Assembly: GCA_951406725.2 (NCBI GenBank)
Contig: OX597819.1
Span: 13,640,001-13,704,000 of the forward strand
Direction: 5' to 3'
DNA: 64,000 nucleotides
Source of the DNA: Octopus vulgaris
Taxonomy: Eukaryota
The position numbers and the translations under genes are program-made. The notes beneath the pieces are model-generated. The model searched no databases. It saw only the letters and a program-made list of their open reading frames with translations, and was not told the DNA's origin. Numbering within the stretch: position 1 is the first letter of the stretch; every line of letters begins with the position of its first letter. Shown here piece after piece: positions 26,401 to 42,826 of this stretch.

Positions 26401-26578
26401 CTCCCAAATATAAAGAGTTGGTTGTTGAACAAATTCCACAAGGCTTTCCCTAATGGTTGTCTGGTTGGTTATAAGTCTATAAATATATCTTCAGACAAGT
26501 GCTCTAGCCACCTTGCATATATTAGCTTCAAAAACAAATCATCTTTTTCTTCAGTTTATTTAACTTAATCATTTCCCC

Positions 26579-26626
<48 letters not shown>

Positions 26627-26683
26627 TTAAATTATTTATTATCGCCAGTTCTTCCCTTATACTTTTGTCGCATCTGCTTACCG

Positions 26684-26714
<31 letters not shown>

Positions 26715-27167
26715 CATACATACATACATACATACATGCATACATACATACATACATACATACATACATACATACATACACACATGCGTACACAAATACA
26801 CGGAGAAATAAGCACATGCATACATATATACACATATATACACAGAATATACTAAATATATAAATAATACTTATGTGCTTAAGTACACATACATTGCGAC
26901 TGTATATGTGTGTGTATATATGTACGTGTGTAAATATATCTGTATACAAATCGTTATGTTCATGCATAGATACACATACAAAATACATTTATATATATGT
27001 ATATACATGTATGAATATATATATGTGTGTGTGGGTGTGTGTATTTATATATTGACACAAATTCTTACATGTATATTTATACATGCACACAAGTGTATAA
27101 TTTATATATACATATCTATGGATGTATGTGATTGTTTTCTTCCTAATTCCTTTTAACGTTTGTAAGA

Positions 27168-27278
27168 ATGTATGTAAGTATTTATGTATGCATGTATGTA
27201 TGTATGTATGTATGTATGTATGTATGTATGTATGTATGTATGTATGTATGTATGTATGTATGTATGTATGTATGTATG

Positions 27279-27309
<31 letters not shown>

Positions 27310-27394
27310 GTATTTATGTATGTATGTATGTATGTATGTATGTATGTGTGTATGTATGTGTGAATGTATGTATGAATGTATGTATGTATGTATG

Positions 27395-27425
<31 letters not shown>

Positions 27426-27470
27426 GTATTTATGTATGTATGTATGTATGTATGTATGTATGTATGTATG

Positions 27471-27501
<31 letters not shown>

Positions 27502-27562
27502 GTATTTATGTATGTATGTATGTATGTAAGTATTTATGTATGTATGTATGTATGTATGTATG

Positions 27563-27593
<31 letters not shown>

Positions 27594-27735
27594 TGTATGT
27601 ATGTATGTATGTATGTATTTATGTATGTATGTATGTATGTATGTATGTATGTATGTATGTATGTATGTATGTATGTATGTATGTATGTATGTATGTATGT
27701 ATGAATGTATGTATGTATGTATGTAAGTATTTATG

Positions 27736-27766
<31 letters not shown>

Positions 27767-27867
27767 GTATTTATGTAAGTATTTATGTATGTATGTATGT
27801 ATGTATGTATGTATGTATGTATGTATGTATGTATGTATGTATGTATGTATGTATGTATGTATGTATG

Positions 27868-27898
<31 letters not shown>

Positions 27899-27978
27899 TG
27901 TATGTTTGTATGTATGTATGTATGTATGTATGTATGTATGTATGTATGTATGTATGTATGTATGTATGTATGTATGTA
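27168..27978. repeat. (TATG)n array with recurrent TAAGTATT interruptions
   Basis: Direct inspection. Confidence 0.98.
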
Positions 27979-28187
27979 TAGACAGCTGCAAGCATTTTCG
28001 GAAGTTCGGAAACCTCAATTTCCAGAAATTTTAGAAATTATTTTGATGAATTCAAGCTGTGCCGCTATTTTAAATGTTAAGAAATGGTAAACTCTTGAAG
28101 AGATTCTTCAAGTTCGTTTAGGAATTTTCTGTGGCTGGAATCAGCGCCATTAGAACTTTGAAAGCAACCATTACCATTAAAACCACC

Positions 28188-28219
<32 letters not shown>

Positions 28220-28580
28220 CAACAACAGCAACAACAATAACAACAACGTTATTGTACGACCAACAAAACACATTATGCAAGTAAGCGAAGGATCCGCTAT
28301 ATGATAGCTCGATCTGCTGAAATAGCAGCCGAATCCGTCTCAAATCAACTATTATTCTTGGAAAAAGAAAACCCCATTGTATATATTTTATTGTGTCAGG
28401 GGTGAGTCATTCTCTTCTGGTGTCTTATCATTTAACACACGCACCGGTTCGATTTCCACTCATTTACTTATTTATTGACCCGGAACAACCAAGCGAATGT
28501 GAGGAAAAGTTGAAGCAGATCGAAAGTACCGATTCTGCAATGACAATATCGATACGGTGGACCATTTAATTTCTGGATGT

Positions 28581-28981
28581 CCCTCTTTCTTCTCTTGATG
28601 GAAGCACTCCGTCGGTTCCGACGACGAGGGTTCCGGTTGATCCGATCAACGGAACAGCCTGCTCGTGAAATTAACGTGTAAGTGGCTGAGCACTCCACAG
28701 ACATGTGTACCCTTAACGTAGTTCTCGGTGATATTCAGCGTGACACAGAGAGTGACAAGGCCGGCCCTTTGAAATACAGGTACAACAGAAACAGGAAGTA
28801 AGAGAGAGAGAGTTGTGGTGAAAGAGTACAGCAGGGACCACCACCATCCCCTGCCGGAGCCTCGTGGAGCTTTTAGGTGTTTTCGCTCAATAAACACTCA
28901 CAACGCCCGGTCTGGGAATCGAAACCGCGATCCTACGACCGCGAGTCCGCTGCCCTAACCACTGGGCCATTGCGCCTCCAC
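28581..28981 (-). mobile_element. SINE family B with 13-bp TSD
   Basis: TSD AATTTCTGGATGT at 28568-28580 and 28982-28994. Confidence 0.92.
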
Positions 28982-29064
28982 AATTTCTGGATGTAAAGGT
29001 TTAGCAACAGCAGAGTATGAATCAAAACATGGAAGAGTTAACCAACATCTTCACTGGTTAATAT

Positions 29065-29480
29065 GTCAGCATATGGTATAAGCATCACCCTGAAGCTGTA
29101 ACTGAGGGAGAAAGTGTGACGATTCTTTGGGACTTTCCAGTACATACAGACAGACCCATCAAAGCTAATAAACCGGATATTGTTGTAAAACCAAAATAAT
29201 AAAGTCTGTTTATCGATCGACATACGTATCTCTTGTGATCACATTTCGGTAAAAGAATTTGCCAAGCTCAGAAAACATAATATTTGCTCATTGAAATCGA
29301 AAAAATGTGACAACTCAAGTCAGTTACAATACCAGTGATTGTAAAAAAACATTGGGAATGATTAAAAAAAGGAACGAAGAATTATTTGTGAATGATCCCT
29401 GGCTTACCATCCATGCAGGAAGTGCAAAAGATTGTTTTAACTGGAATGTTACACATTTAATGAAGAGTATTGTCGCTGTT
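29065..29480 (+). pseudogene. Dong/R4-type LINE restriction-like endonuclease remnant
   Basis: WYKHHPEAVTEGESVTILWDFPVHTDRPIKANKPDIVV..IDI..KEF..IPVIV..LGMI; frameshifted. Confidence 0.8.
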
Positions 29481-29564
29481 GCAACGATTACCAACCATTT
29501 AGATGCTGTTCGGAGCTAATACTGCTTCCGTCTCTAATAACGAACACACACACACTCACACATT

Positions 29565-30977
<1,413 letters not shown>

Positions 30978-31683
30978 ATAGGTTGCATATTGCAATAAAC
31001 AGCTTTGCTTAATTGTGCTGCAATCGGCCGACGCATTAATACATCACCAGATCAGTAGGTGCTTCACCTCTTCATCGAAGCTCTTCGTCATTATTCACCC
31101 CCACGCACACGCACACACACACAGACACACACACAGACACACACACACACACACACACACAGATAAAATGTGTGCTGAACACCTACCATTCCTACTAAAA
31201 ATCACATCACCGAATATCCTAATTTCACCTACTTCTTGAGCACTTTATAGTCTGACACCTCATCAGTCGAAATAGTTTGCCTTCGGCACGTACACATCTA
31301 TATATATTTATACATCAAATACTTTTGCTTTAATGCCTTAAAAAAATAAAAGAACTAAAAAAAAAATCCACACGATTTTAGTTCTCCTGGGGTACTTTAT
31401 TTATTTTATCATAGAGATTAACATGTCCAAAGATGATATTAGGAATTGACTAATACTTTTTTAGACAAATAAAAGAGACAAATCTGGTTGTTTTAAATTC
31501 AATAACCTTCGCTATTGTTTGCTGGAAATAACTGATTAAGTAGAAATAAATATTCATGATAAACGCCAAATAGAAGCAAGAGGCAAGAGATTGATTAATA
31601 AATGAATGACAGGATGTGTTGACGGCGTATTTATTTATCAAAAACGTGGTTTTGATAATATCCAATGTTTTCACATCAGAAAT

Positions 31684-32016
31684 TTTTTAAAGACTCCGCC
31701 GGTTACGACGACGAGGGTCCCAGCTGATACGATCAACGGAACAGCTTGCTCGTGAAATTAACGTGCAAATGGCTGAGCATTCCACAGACACGTGTACCCT
31801 TAACGTAGTTCTCGGGGATAATCAGCGTGACACAGAGAGTGACAAGGCTGACCCTTTGAAGTACAAGTACAACTCATTTTTGCCAGCTGAGTGGACTGGA
31901 GCAACGTGAAATAAAGTGTCTTGCTCAAGGACACAACGCGTCGCCGGGAATCGAACTCACAACCTTACGATCATGAGCCGAATGCCCTAACCACTAAGCC
32001 ACGCGCCCTCACTATA
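31684..32016 (-). mobile_element. OR2-like CORE SINE sharing the family B tail
   Basis: Different tRNA head, CORE-like GTTGTGTCCTTGAGCAAGACACTT, same 3' portion as family B; TSD ACATCAGAAAT. Confidence 0.88.
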
Positions 32017-32221
32017 CATCAGAAATAACCACAATAGGTTGATCAGGAAACAGAGATGAGGGTGAACTAACGTTGGCTTTGGGGGCTAGGCAAGTAAAAG
32101 GTACCTCTTCGAAAATTTACATATTCTTTAGCTTTGGCAGCAGAAGTTTAGGTTTCGCTATTGTTTGAAGTGAATGATTTCCTTTATAGCAATGTCGGTA
32201 GAGAGAAATTGTTGGAGAAGA

Positions 32222-32296
32222 GGGAGTCGATGGGAGTCGATGGGAGTCGATGGGAGTCGATGGGAGTCGATGGGAGTCGATGGGAGTCGATGGGAG
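32222..32296. repeat. 10-bp tandem repeat, about 7 copies
   Basis: Unit GGGAGTCGAT. Confidence 0.95.
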
Positions 32297-32321
32297 ACTA
32301 TTGGACAAATCAATACTTTTT

Positions 32322-32568
32322 ACACTCTCTTTTACTCTTTTACTTGTTTCAGTCATTTGACTGCAGCCATGCTGGAGAATCGCCTTTAGTCGAGCAAATT
32401 GACCCCGGGACTTATTCTTTGTAAGCCTAGTACTTATTCTATCGGCACTCTTTTGCCGAACCGCTAAGTTACGGGGACGTGAACACACCTGCATCGGTTG
32501 TCAAGCGATGTTTGGTGGACAAACAAAGACACACAAACGTATACACACATACATATACATATACATAT

Positions 32569-32659
<91 letters not shown>

Positions 32660-32808
32660 CATATATACGACGGGCTTCTTTCACAAGGTTTTGGTCGGCC
32701 CGAGGCTACAGTAGAAGACACTTGCCCAGGGTGCCACGCAGTGGGACTGAACCCGGAACCATGTGGTTCGTAAGCAAGCTACTAACCACACAGCCATTCC
32801 AACGCCTA
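32322..32808 (-). mobile_element. SINE family A
   Basis: Family match with an expanded internal (CA)n. Confidence 0.9.
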
Positions 32809-32984
32809 TGATAATAAAAAAGGTTCTCTATAAACACACATACAAATGTGTATAAGCATAGTCATACATACATACATACATACATACATACATACATACA
32901 TACATACATACATACATACATACATGCATACATACATGCATACATGCATGCATGCATACATACATACATACATACATACATACA

Positions 32985-33016
<32 letters not shown>

Positions 33017-34225
33017 CAGGGTGCGTAAGATATTTGAGGACAAATTTATGTTTATAAAAAAGAAACAGATATATAATAACAGATAACTTTATCAAAAAAT
33101 GCTATGAGAATAAAAATAAACCTTCTTTTTTATAATGTTATTCAATAAAGCCACCTTCAGCTTCAAAAACTGCTTCTGTATTAGATCTAAATCACCCCCA
33201 TGCTTGAATCAAGTGGTCCTGGTTCATTTTCGACATTACTCTGACTATGGCAACAATACTCCACATGTAATATAGTCCAATGGATTGAGATCTGGGGAAT
33301 TAAGAGGCCAAATGTTAGGGGTTGTGTGATCATAAAAATTTTCAGCCATCCATTCGTGTGTTACTAGAGCCATGTATGATAGTGCAAAGTCTTACTGAAA
33401 CACATATGGCCTTCCGTTGCATACACTGTGTATCCAGGGCTTAACAATTATTTCCAGGACCTCAATGTAGGCGGCAGAGTTAACTCCAAGGCCTTGTAGA
33501 AAGACGTAAGGAGGTATCACATCTTCATTGCTGACAACCTCTAAAACCATGACAGTGGCAGGAAATTTTGTATGCATAACACTTGGAACTTCAGAAGGGT
33601 CTGCACATATCCATCTGTCATGTCTTCTGTTAACTTTTTGATCTTGGTCGAAGTTTTTTCTCGTTTGAGAAAAACAAAATTAAATCTTCTTCTGCTGGAT
33701 TTTTCAGTTTCTTTGAGAGCCTTTTAGATCTAATGTAGTAATTTTCTTTTACTTTTTCTGACAAATTTACTTTCCTCATCATATAAGACTTACATCTGAT
33801 ATCTTCATGGACAACATTTCTGACTGTTCCTTCTGATACATGGAGATCTTTTGCAATTGACCCCATGGACTTTCTGGGAGTGTAATCAATGGTCTGTTAA
33901 ACTTGCTTGATAAATTCTGGTGTTCTGGTGATTTCAGAGCATTTAGAATGCTTTTTATGCTTTGGTACTGGTGATATGTTTCCATTTTCAATCTCTTGCT
34001 CCTTACAAATTTTGTAGACGAAAGATCTGACAACTTTTAAAAATCGAGATATTTCTAAATCGCTATGCTCAGCCTTTATAACCTCAGTAACAGCATTCCT
34101 CATCATTTTTTGAGTAAGCTGAGGGTCTGTCATTATTATTTTCTGAAGCACTGATTATACAGAATAAGCTAAAAATGCAGCAATGACCCAACATAAGTAT
34201 GTCCTCAAATATATTACGCACTCTG
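33017..34225 (-). mobile_element. Decayed DD37D (maT-family) Tc1/mariner transposon
   Basis: TIRs CAGGGTGCGTAAGATATTTGAGGACA and TGTCCTCAAATATATTACGCACTCTG. Transposase pseudogene with FFSNEK, FQ*D and WPLNSPDLNPLDY; 37 residues between the second and third Asp. Confidence 0.9.
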
Positions 34226-34242
34226 TGCGTGTATATATATAA

Positions 34243-34378
<136 letters not shown>

Positions 34379-34653
34379 GTATGTATGTATTACGCACGTA
34401 CGTATGTATGTGCATGTACGCAAGTGTGCATTATGTATGTACGTATCTATGTGTGCGTGTGTGTGTGTGTGTGTGCGTATTTGTATGCATATACATATAC
34501 ACGTGTGTATGTATATATATCCACGCGCGCGCACACATACACACGTACACGACCGCACACGCGCGCACACACATACACATACACGTACATACATGCACGC
34601 ATGCACACGTGCACACACACATGCACGCACACATACACACACACACACACACA

Positions 34654-34810
34654 TACGACAGGCTTCTTTCAGTTTCCGTCTACCAAATCTACTCAGAAGG
34701 CTTTGGTCAGCCCGAGGCTATAGCAGAAGTTACTTGCTCAAAGTACCACGCAGTGGGACTCTACCCGGAACCATGTGGTTGGTAAACAAACTACTTACCA
34801 CACCGCCACC
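34654..34810 (-). mobile_element. SINE A, 5' half
   Basis: Family match. Confidence 0.8.
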
Positions 34811-34908
34811 CCTTTCTTTTACCGAGTATAACATCACCCTTTCCTTCCTTATTAATCTAACACCCCTTCCTTTCTCATTCATAAACACAAGAGTATTATT
34901 ATAGTAGA

Positions 34909-35211
34909 CTAGCAGTATCGCCCGGCGTTGCTCGGGTTTGTAAGGGAAATAACTGTATAAGCATTTTTAGAGAGTTACTTCCCTTATATAATAGCAAAAA
35001 AATGCATTAAAAATGGGAAAAAATTATGGTAATTTTTTTTTTTTATCGTAGACTCATCATAGACACGCGCTAATACCCAGAAGGGCTCGATATGAATGAC
35101 GACTATAAGATACCCGCTTTTGGTTAAACTGCACCGCAAAATGTGGGAGTAGTTAGGAATCTAAATCGTAGGAGACAGACACTCACACAACTTCACTTTT
35201 ATATATAAAGA
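34909..35211 (-). mobile_element. Non-autonomous Helitron
   Basis: Same TC...hairpin-CTAG element as 10494-10791. Confidence 0.88.
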
Positions 35212-35776
35212 TTATCTCGGTAACCATGGGAGCTATGAAAAAATACAAAGCCCAGCATCACCACCGGATCATTCTACACATCTGTGTAATTTTTCGCGCA
35301 ATTCCACCCAACCGTTTGACTATGAATCCCAAGACAAGAAAGAATTGCCCATGTCAAATATATATTTATAGATGTTTTCTTTTCTATGATGCAAGCTTAA
35401 TAACTTTAAAATATTTTCGCTGTGAAGTAATTAAAGAGAGAGGAATCTACAATAATGATATTCAGTAACTGAGTTTTAAATATTTACGTATTCGTTTCGT
35501 TTACTCGGGATAGCCAGCCATGTCTACTTTTGCCCTTTCCCCATATTGATTTACTTTCAATATCAATTGCACAGTTCTGTGTACTTAAAGCCAGAGATTG
35601 CCACTTGAAAAAACACAAAAAAATGGCCGGCTCGTTCAATTTGTAACAATTTCTTGTCACCGTTATATTGACTAGAACGTAAACAACGTCTAAGTTTTAT
35701 CAGAATTAGTCCAAATGGCTGCTGGAGAATGCTAAAACAAACATTTGTCAGTTAAACTTACAGAAGTAAATTAGTT

Positions 35777-35885
35777 GTTACCATAGCAACGTCTTTGTTA
35801 CTATGACTTCCACTTTAATACCCCCAATCAATGTCTATCGTTAATAAGTTGTTTTACGTCACGAGTAGGATTGCTTGTGACGTCA
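35777..35885. promoter_or_regulatory. Candidate cis-regulatory cluster (RFX X-box, CCAAT, CRE sites)
   Basis: GTTACCATAGCAAC at 35777-35790, CCAATCAAT at 35824, TTACGTCA at 35854, TGACGTCA at 35878, in non-repetitive sequence. Motif match only. Confidence 0.35.
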
Positions 35886-35939
35886 TCAATACTTGACTAA
35901 ACCTGTTATAGCCGACAGCTTGTGAATATATGAACCATC

Positions 35940-36190
35940 GAGAGGAAGAGACAACCTGTGTATGTGGTGGCTTGCTCTGCTAGAAATAGCAACCAAATAT
36001 CCTGCAAATTCCATCTCATTTATAGAAGGAACCACACATTTCAATGCTGTTGTTCCAGATGGACTGATGCACGTGATAAAGAACATATTGGATACTGTGG
36101 TATAAACTGCACCGAGCAAAACGGGATAGTCATGGCTGGAATCACGGGTCGATAAGCTCTGGCCTGACATAAACCAAATAACAACAACAG
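35940..36190 (+). mobile_element. Old interspersed repeat family D (SINE- or LINE-tail-like)
   Basis: CTAGAAATAGCA.CCAAAT...GGAT.GTCA.GGCTGGAAT...AAACAACAAC motifs recur diverged at ~5760(-), 9835(-), 28300, 40350(-), 44310(-), 46260, 50810(-), 57105 and 62520. Confidence 0.55.
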
Positions 36191-36224
36191 CAATAACAGC
36201 AACAACCACAACAATAATAATAAT

Positions 36225-36416
36225 ATTTTCAAATTTGAGGGGTGGGGCAAGTTGATTAAAGTACCAGTGAAGTACCTCAGTACTTGACTGGTACTGTACT
36301 TGATTTACCTCGAAATGATGGACGCAAAGTTAATAATCAGCGAGATTTGAACTCAGAACATAAAGAGTCGGGACAAATACGCAAAGAATTTTTTCCGACG
36401 CTCTAAACATTCTGCA

Positions 36417-36417
<1 letters not shown>
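36225..36417 (-). mobile_element. Diverged SINE C
   Basis: Meta-like body and head. Confidence 0.65.
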
Positions 36418-37564
<1,147 letters not shown>

Positions 37565-38125
37565 AAATGCCCTGATGCAGTACCAGGCAGTGGATCTCAT
37601 GGCTTCTGATCTTAACTGATTGGAAGTGTTATCATGTACATTGTTTTGTCTTGGTATAAAAGATGGGCTACAGCAAATATTCTGCTCAATACCACAGATT
37701 TGCTTGTCAGTTGTTTGACTTTAACCAGTTGAGCATGTCCCTTAGTGGCTGCCGATATGTGCATCTCTGATCACGAGCAGAAGTAGTGGGGGAGCATCAT
37801 AGCCATGTGTTGAGAGGGATTCTTTGGGGTTTGAATAGTTCACCTCTGGAAACATGGGTGGTTCTTTCAACATCCTTAAACAACCCTTATTCAGGGACCG
37901 TTTGAGCGGGATGGGCTACTCAACCTGAAGAAAATTCTAACTGGGCCCCACCTGCAGGGTCATGTGCTGTTTATCTTGATATGAGATCACCATGTCGCGC
38001 ACATATGGTTGTGATGCATGTGCCTGGTGTACCTTTATCAGACGGGTAGTCATGATGGGTATATTGGGCTTCATATATTTTACCCCAGTGTCACTTTGAT
38101 GGCATGAACTGCTCTCTCACTCAAT
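37565..38125 (+). mobile_element. LINE 3' UTR ending in (AAT)n, probably Dong/R4-type
   Basis: Partial copies at 14125 and 58221; ends CTCTCTCACTC(AAT)n. The clade is inferred. Confidence 0.6.
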
Positions 38126-38169
38126 AATAATAATAATATTAATAATAATAATTATAATAATAATAATAA

Positions 38170-38356
38170 TCTTTTCTATTATAGGCACAAGGCCTGAAAT
38201 TATGGAGGATGGGGAAAGTCGATCATACTGACCCCAGTACTTGACTGGTACTTCAATTAGTCGACCTCGGCGGAATTTGGATTCAGAAAATAATGACAGA
38301 CGAAATGCCGCTAAGCATTTTACCTGTCGTGCTCACGATTCTGCCAGTTCGCCGCC
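38170..38356 (-). mobile_element. SINE C
   Basis: Head and tail match, with an internal deletion. Confidence 0.75.
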
Positions 38357-38434
38357 TCAACAACAACAACAACAACAACAACAACAACGACGACGACGAC
38401 GACGGCGACAACAATAATAATAAGAATAAATAAT

Positions 38435-39315
38435 TGCATCGAATGTTGAGCGATTACTTGGAAAAAGTATGGCGAATTGGAGGACGGAACTTACAACATA
38501 CGGAAGAAGTTTAGGGACAGTAGAAATTAGGAGGGGCATCTTCCAAGGGGACTGCCTGTCCCCACTGATTTTTGTACTGTGCTTGATACCACTAATACTG
38601 ATTCTGACAAAAGCAAAAGCTGGGTATGTATTCAGAAGCCGCCAACAAAAAGTCAGCCATTTGTTATTCATGGGTGACCTCAGACTTTATGGTAAAGATG
38701 AAGCCCAAGTCTGTTCCCTCATTGATACGGTGTATACCTTCAGTGCTGATATCAGAATGGAGTTCGGACTGAAAAAGTGTGGTGCGTTAGTCTTGAAGAG
38801 AGGCAAAATCAAATGTATGGACGGACTAACGATACCGTCGGGGGAGGTTATGAAGCAGATAGAAGAGACTGGCTATAAGTACTTAGAAATTTTGGAAATG
38901 GATAAATTGATGGAGAAAGAAATGACAGAAAAATTTAAGGTAGGGTACCTATGCAGATTGAGACTAAAGTCGAAATTAAACGAAAGGAATAAGATCGAAG
39001 CTATCAACACCTGGGCTGTTTCACTCCTTAGATGTGGAGCAGAGGTAATTGCATGGACAGCAGACGAACTAAACAGTTTAGACAGAAAGACAAGGAAGTT
39101 GCTAACTAGATATGAGACACTCCACCCAAAAAGTGACACAGACAGGTAGTATGTACCAAGAAAAAGAGGGGAAAGAGGACTTATTGGATGCGAACACAGC
39201 ATTAGAGCAGAAGAAAACAACATAGCATGGTATGTAAAAAATGCCACATAACCGCTATTATTAGAAGTAAGAAGGTCAGGCTTGTGGAGGATGAAAAATT
39301 GCATAGATAAAGCAC
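38435..39315 (+). pseudogene. Dong/R4-clade LINE reverse transcriptase fragment
   Basis: IRRGIFQGDCLSPLIF, SHLLFMGDLRLY (catalytic DD mutated), DIRMEFGLKKC, YKYLEI, HPKSDTDR*YVPRKRGERGL; in-frame stops. Confidence 0.9.
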
Positions 39316-39849
39316 TAAACAAAAAATTGAAAATGAAGAAACAACAACAATAAGAAGAAGAAGAACGAAGAGGGGAGGAGGGAGAGGAAGAGGATAACAA
39401 CAGCAACAAGAAACGTGTTGTTACATATCAGATGTGATAAAAATAATGAAAATAAATCATTTGAATTCCTTCGATGGAAAACTGAAGGAGAAATTGGCAA
39501 AAGTACTATCAAATATTTGAGTTGCACGGAATGAGTTAAGGAATTGCAGACAAAGGCGATTCATAGAAGATGTTTAAAGGAGCAGAAGTCGTGGAAAAGT
39601 TGACGCTTTCTCTACATTTGAAACTTTTGATAACAGTGAGGAATTGAAAGATAAAATAACCGAGGAATTGGCAGATAAATGTAGCAGAAAGAAAAAAAAC
39701 AAGGAAACGAAAAAGTCACGTGATACAATGACATTCTATAATATGAGAAGTTAACAACCGAAACGAAAAAGTCTAAGAAATTTGAAGGACAATGCCAAAG
39801 CTTGTGAATTTGGAAAATTTAGAGACTCTCAGATTGAGAAGAGATTAGC

Positions 39850-40050
39850 GCGTGTGCGTGTGCGTGTGTGCGTGTGTGTGTGTGTGTGTGCGTGTGTGTG
39901 TGTGTGTGTCTGTGTCTGTGTCTGTGTCTGTGTGTGTGTGTGTCTGTGTGTGTGTGTGTGTTTGTGTGTGCGTGTGTGTGTCTGTGTGTCTGTGTGTGTG
40001 TGTGTGTCTGTGTGTGTGTGTGTGTCTGTGTGTGTGTCTGTGTGTCTGTA

Positions 40051-40082
<32 letters not shown>

Positions 40083-40100
40083 TGTCTGTGTGTGTGTGTC

Positions 40101-40138
<38 letters not shown>

Positions 40139-40151
40139 TGTGCGTGTGTGT
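39850..40151. repeat. (GT)n/(GTGTCT)n microsatellite
   Basis: Direct inspection. Confidence 0.98.
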
Positions 40152-41177
40152 GATATATCTGATAACACAGTGGGACAGAAAACTACTTCTTGAGAGAGAT
40201 TGAGATCTAAAAATATATCTTGATATGTTGCGAGGTCATGGAAGGTCAATAAAAGTGAAACGCTAAAATTACAAGTTGAAGAGCGGCGGGGGGGGGGGGA
40301 GGAGGTGAATTCGAACAGTAGAAGGAAGTAGATGAGTTGTCGTTGTTATTGTTGATGTTTAACCCTAGGTCAACCTTGATCGAAGGCAATCCTGCCGTGA
40401 CTATTCTGTCTTTTTAGCGGTATGTGGAATTATTAATGCATTTCCTTATTTAAAGTAACAGAGTATGAGTAGAAGTAGATTTAACTGCTTGTTTTGGTCG
40501 GATCCAAGGACAAAATGAAGGTTCCTTCATAAGCCGAAGTTCAAAATATGATTATTAAATGTTGTTTTTATTTGGTTTGCAAGATTCCTGATTGAATTCG
40601 TGCGTTAAAACTAATTTTGCTGTGTCTTGGGAGGGCCATTTCACCAATAATAACACACACACGGGTTCAATTCCACTTCTTTATTGTTAGTCAAGTGATT
40701 AAATATCTAATCAACTGATAATTCGATCGTTTGTTAATGTGCTATCATTATTGGCGACTCTCTCAAGATACAACAAAATTCTAATTATTGTAATCATCAA
40801 AAACAAAAAAAAAAAGAAGAAAAGAATAGGGAACAAAACAAAAAAAGAAAGAAAAAGAATAAAGCAACGAATATGAAGAAATTAATAGTTGTCCACGTCA
40901 AGAAAAATGATTTAATGAAGTTCGTAAATTTAGAAAAAAAAAAATCAAGGTAATTTTCTTTTTACTAGTTATATTCACTTTAAAGGTGAAATTTTATCGA
41001 AAGAATAAATTATTTCGGTTGGTTTTGAGGGTGAGATTCTTTCAAGACATTAAATAAAATGGAAATTTGTTGGAAGAAGAGAATGTTGATGTTTCGATCA
41101 GAACTTTTCGTGGGAGAAAAAAAAAAATTATGCCTGTGTAATAAACTGAAAATAAGCTGGATGAATAATAATATAAA

Positions 41178-41246
<69 letters not shown>

Positions 41247-41314
41247 TATATAATACTTATATGTACATATGTACATATATATATATGTGTGTGTGTGTAT
41301 ATATAGAGAGAGAG

Positions 41315-41390
<76 letters not shown>

Positions 41391-42149
41391 GCATATAAGC
41401 ATACTTATATGTACATACCTATATATGTGTATATATATATATATGCATATATGGGTACAGGACGTCACAAAAGGTAAACTACATGAAATACGAAGACAAA
41501 CGTGGGTATGCGACCAACGAGAGAAACTAATGGAAAACAAAAAAACTAACATAAAAAGCGACCCTTCGTCAGTTGTCGGCTGTCCATCTACTCCTCATTT
41601 CGAGCATTGAACAACAATAATAGCTGGAATCGGCAACCTTATTCAAGCATGAAGTGTGTGAGACTAAATCTTTTGGCAAAGAAAGATGCGTTGAAATGGC
41701 AGTTAAAAATACAAAACTACTTCAAGATTGGAAACCATGGCAGAACAAGGTAAAGCAAAGAACAAAAGACAAACTGATTTAATAGAAGTTAAAAAGTCTT
41801 GCGACATTTATGGGAAAATATCACAAGAAATAGGGAGACCAATGAACGAAGAAGCGGAGAAGACAAGTAGGGAAATTTATAAATGAAGGAAACTTCTGTC
41901 TAGTTGAAACCGGTGGAGTGCCAGATTTTGCCTTAAAACAACAAAGGATGCACTGGAAATTGTAGACCAAAATATACAAAATTCAGGCTAGCCACGCCAT
42001 TGGTATTCGTCTACATGAGAAGAACTACTATTGGGGTTAGTTCTAATTAAGTAGAACTTCCGACCGAACAAGCCCCACGACCGAATGCAGTTTAAAATCA
42101 TTAACATCAAAGAAGTACAAGGAGATGGCAACCAATGGGACAGTTAGCA

Positions 42150-42507
<358 letters not shown>

Positions 42508-42509
42508 CG

Positions 42510-42700
42510 CCATGATAGATCGCTAACCACTACACATCCTTTATTTTATCTCCTTGTTCTTTTTCTGTGTTCCTTTCTGTGGAAGAGCGTAGGCTCGAAA
42601 CGTTAAAGACTTTTTCACTTCCCAAGCATTATATTAATACATCTGTTTGTTGTCTACACCACCTGTCTTTGTCTTTTGTTTTTTTGTGAATTCTTCCTCC

Positions 42701-42702
<2 letters not shown>
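42510..42702 (+). mobile_element. Penelope-like repeat with variant hammerhead motif (42573-42608)
   Basis: cttt CTGtGGA a gagc-gtag-gctc GAAA cGTT aaag; flanked by TA/TG microsatellites. Confidence 0.55.
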
Positions 42703-42772
<70 letters not shown>

Positions 42773-42791
42773 ATGTATGTATGTATGTATG

Positions 42792-42826
<35 letters not shown>

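Noticed and set aside
31260-31266. CTGATGA on the minus strand (also 19565-19571 on plus)
   Set aside because: No stem II-GAAA-stem III follows, so these are not hammerheads.
38469-39149. 226-aa RT ORF as a functional or domesticated gene
   Set aside because: The catalytic DD is mutated to GD, there are downstream in-frame stops, and both ends are truncated.
41560-41606. Possible permuted hammerhead (GAAA...CTGACGA) on the minus strand
   Set aside because: Stems I and III do not pair convincingly.
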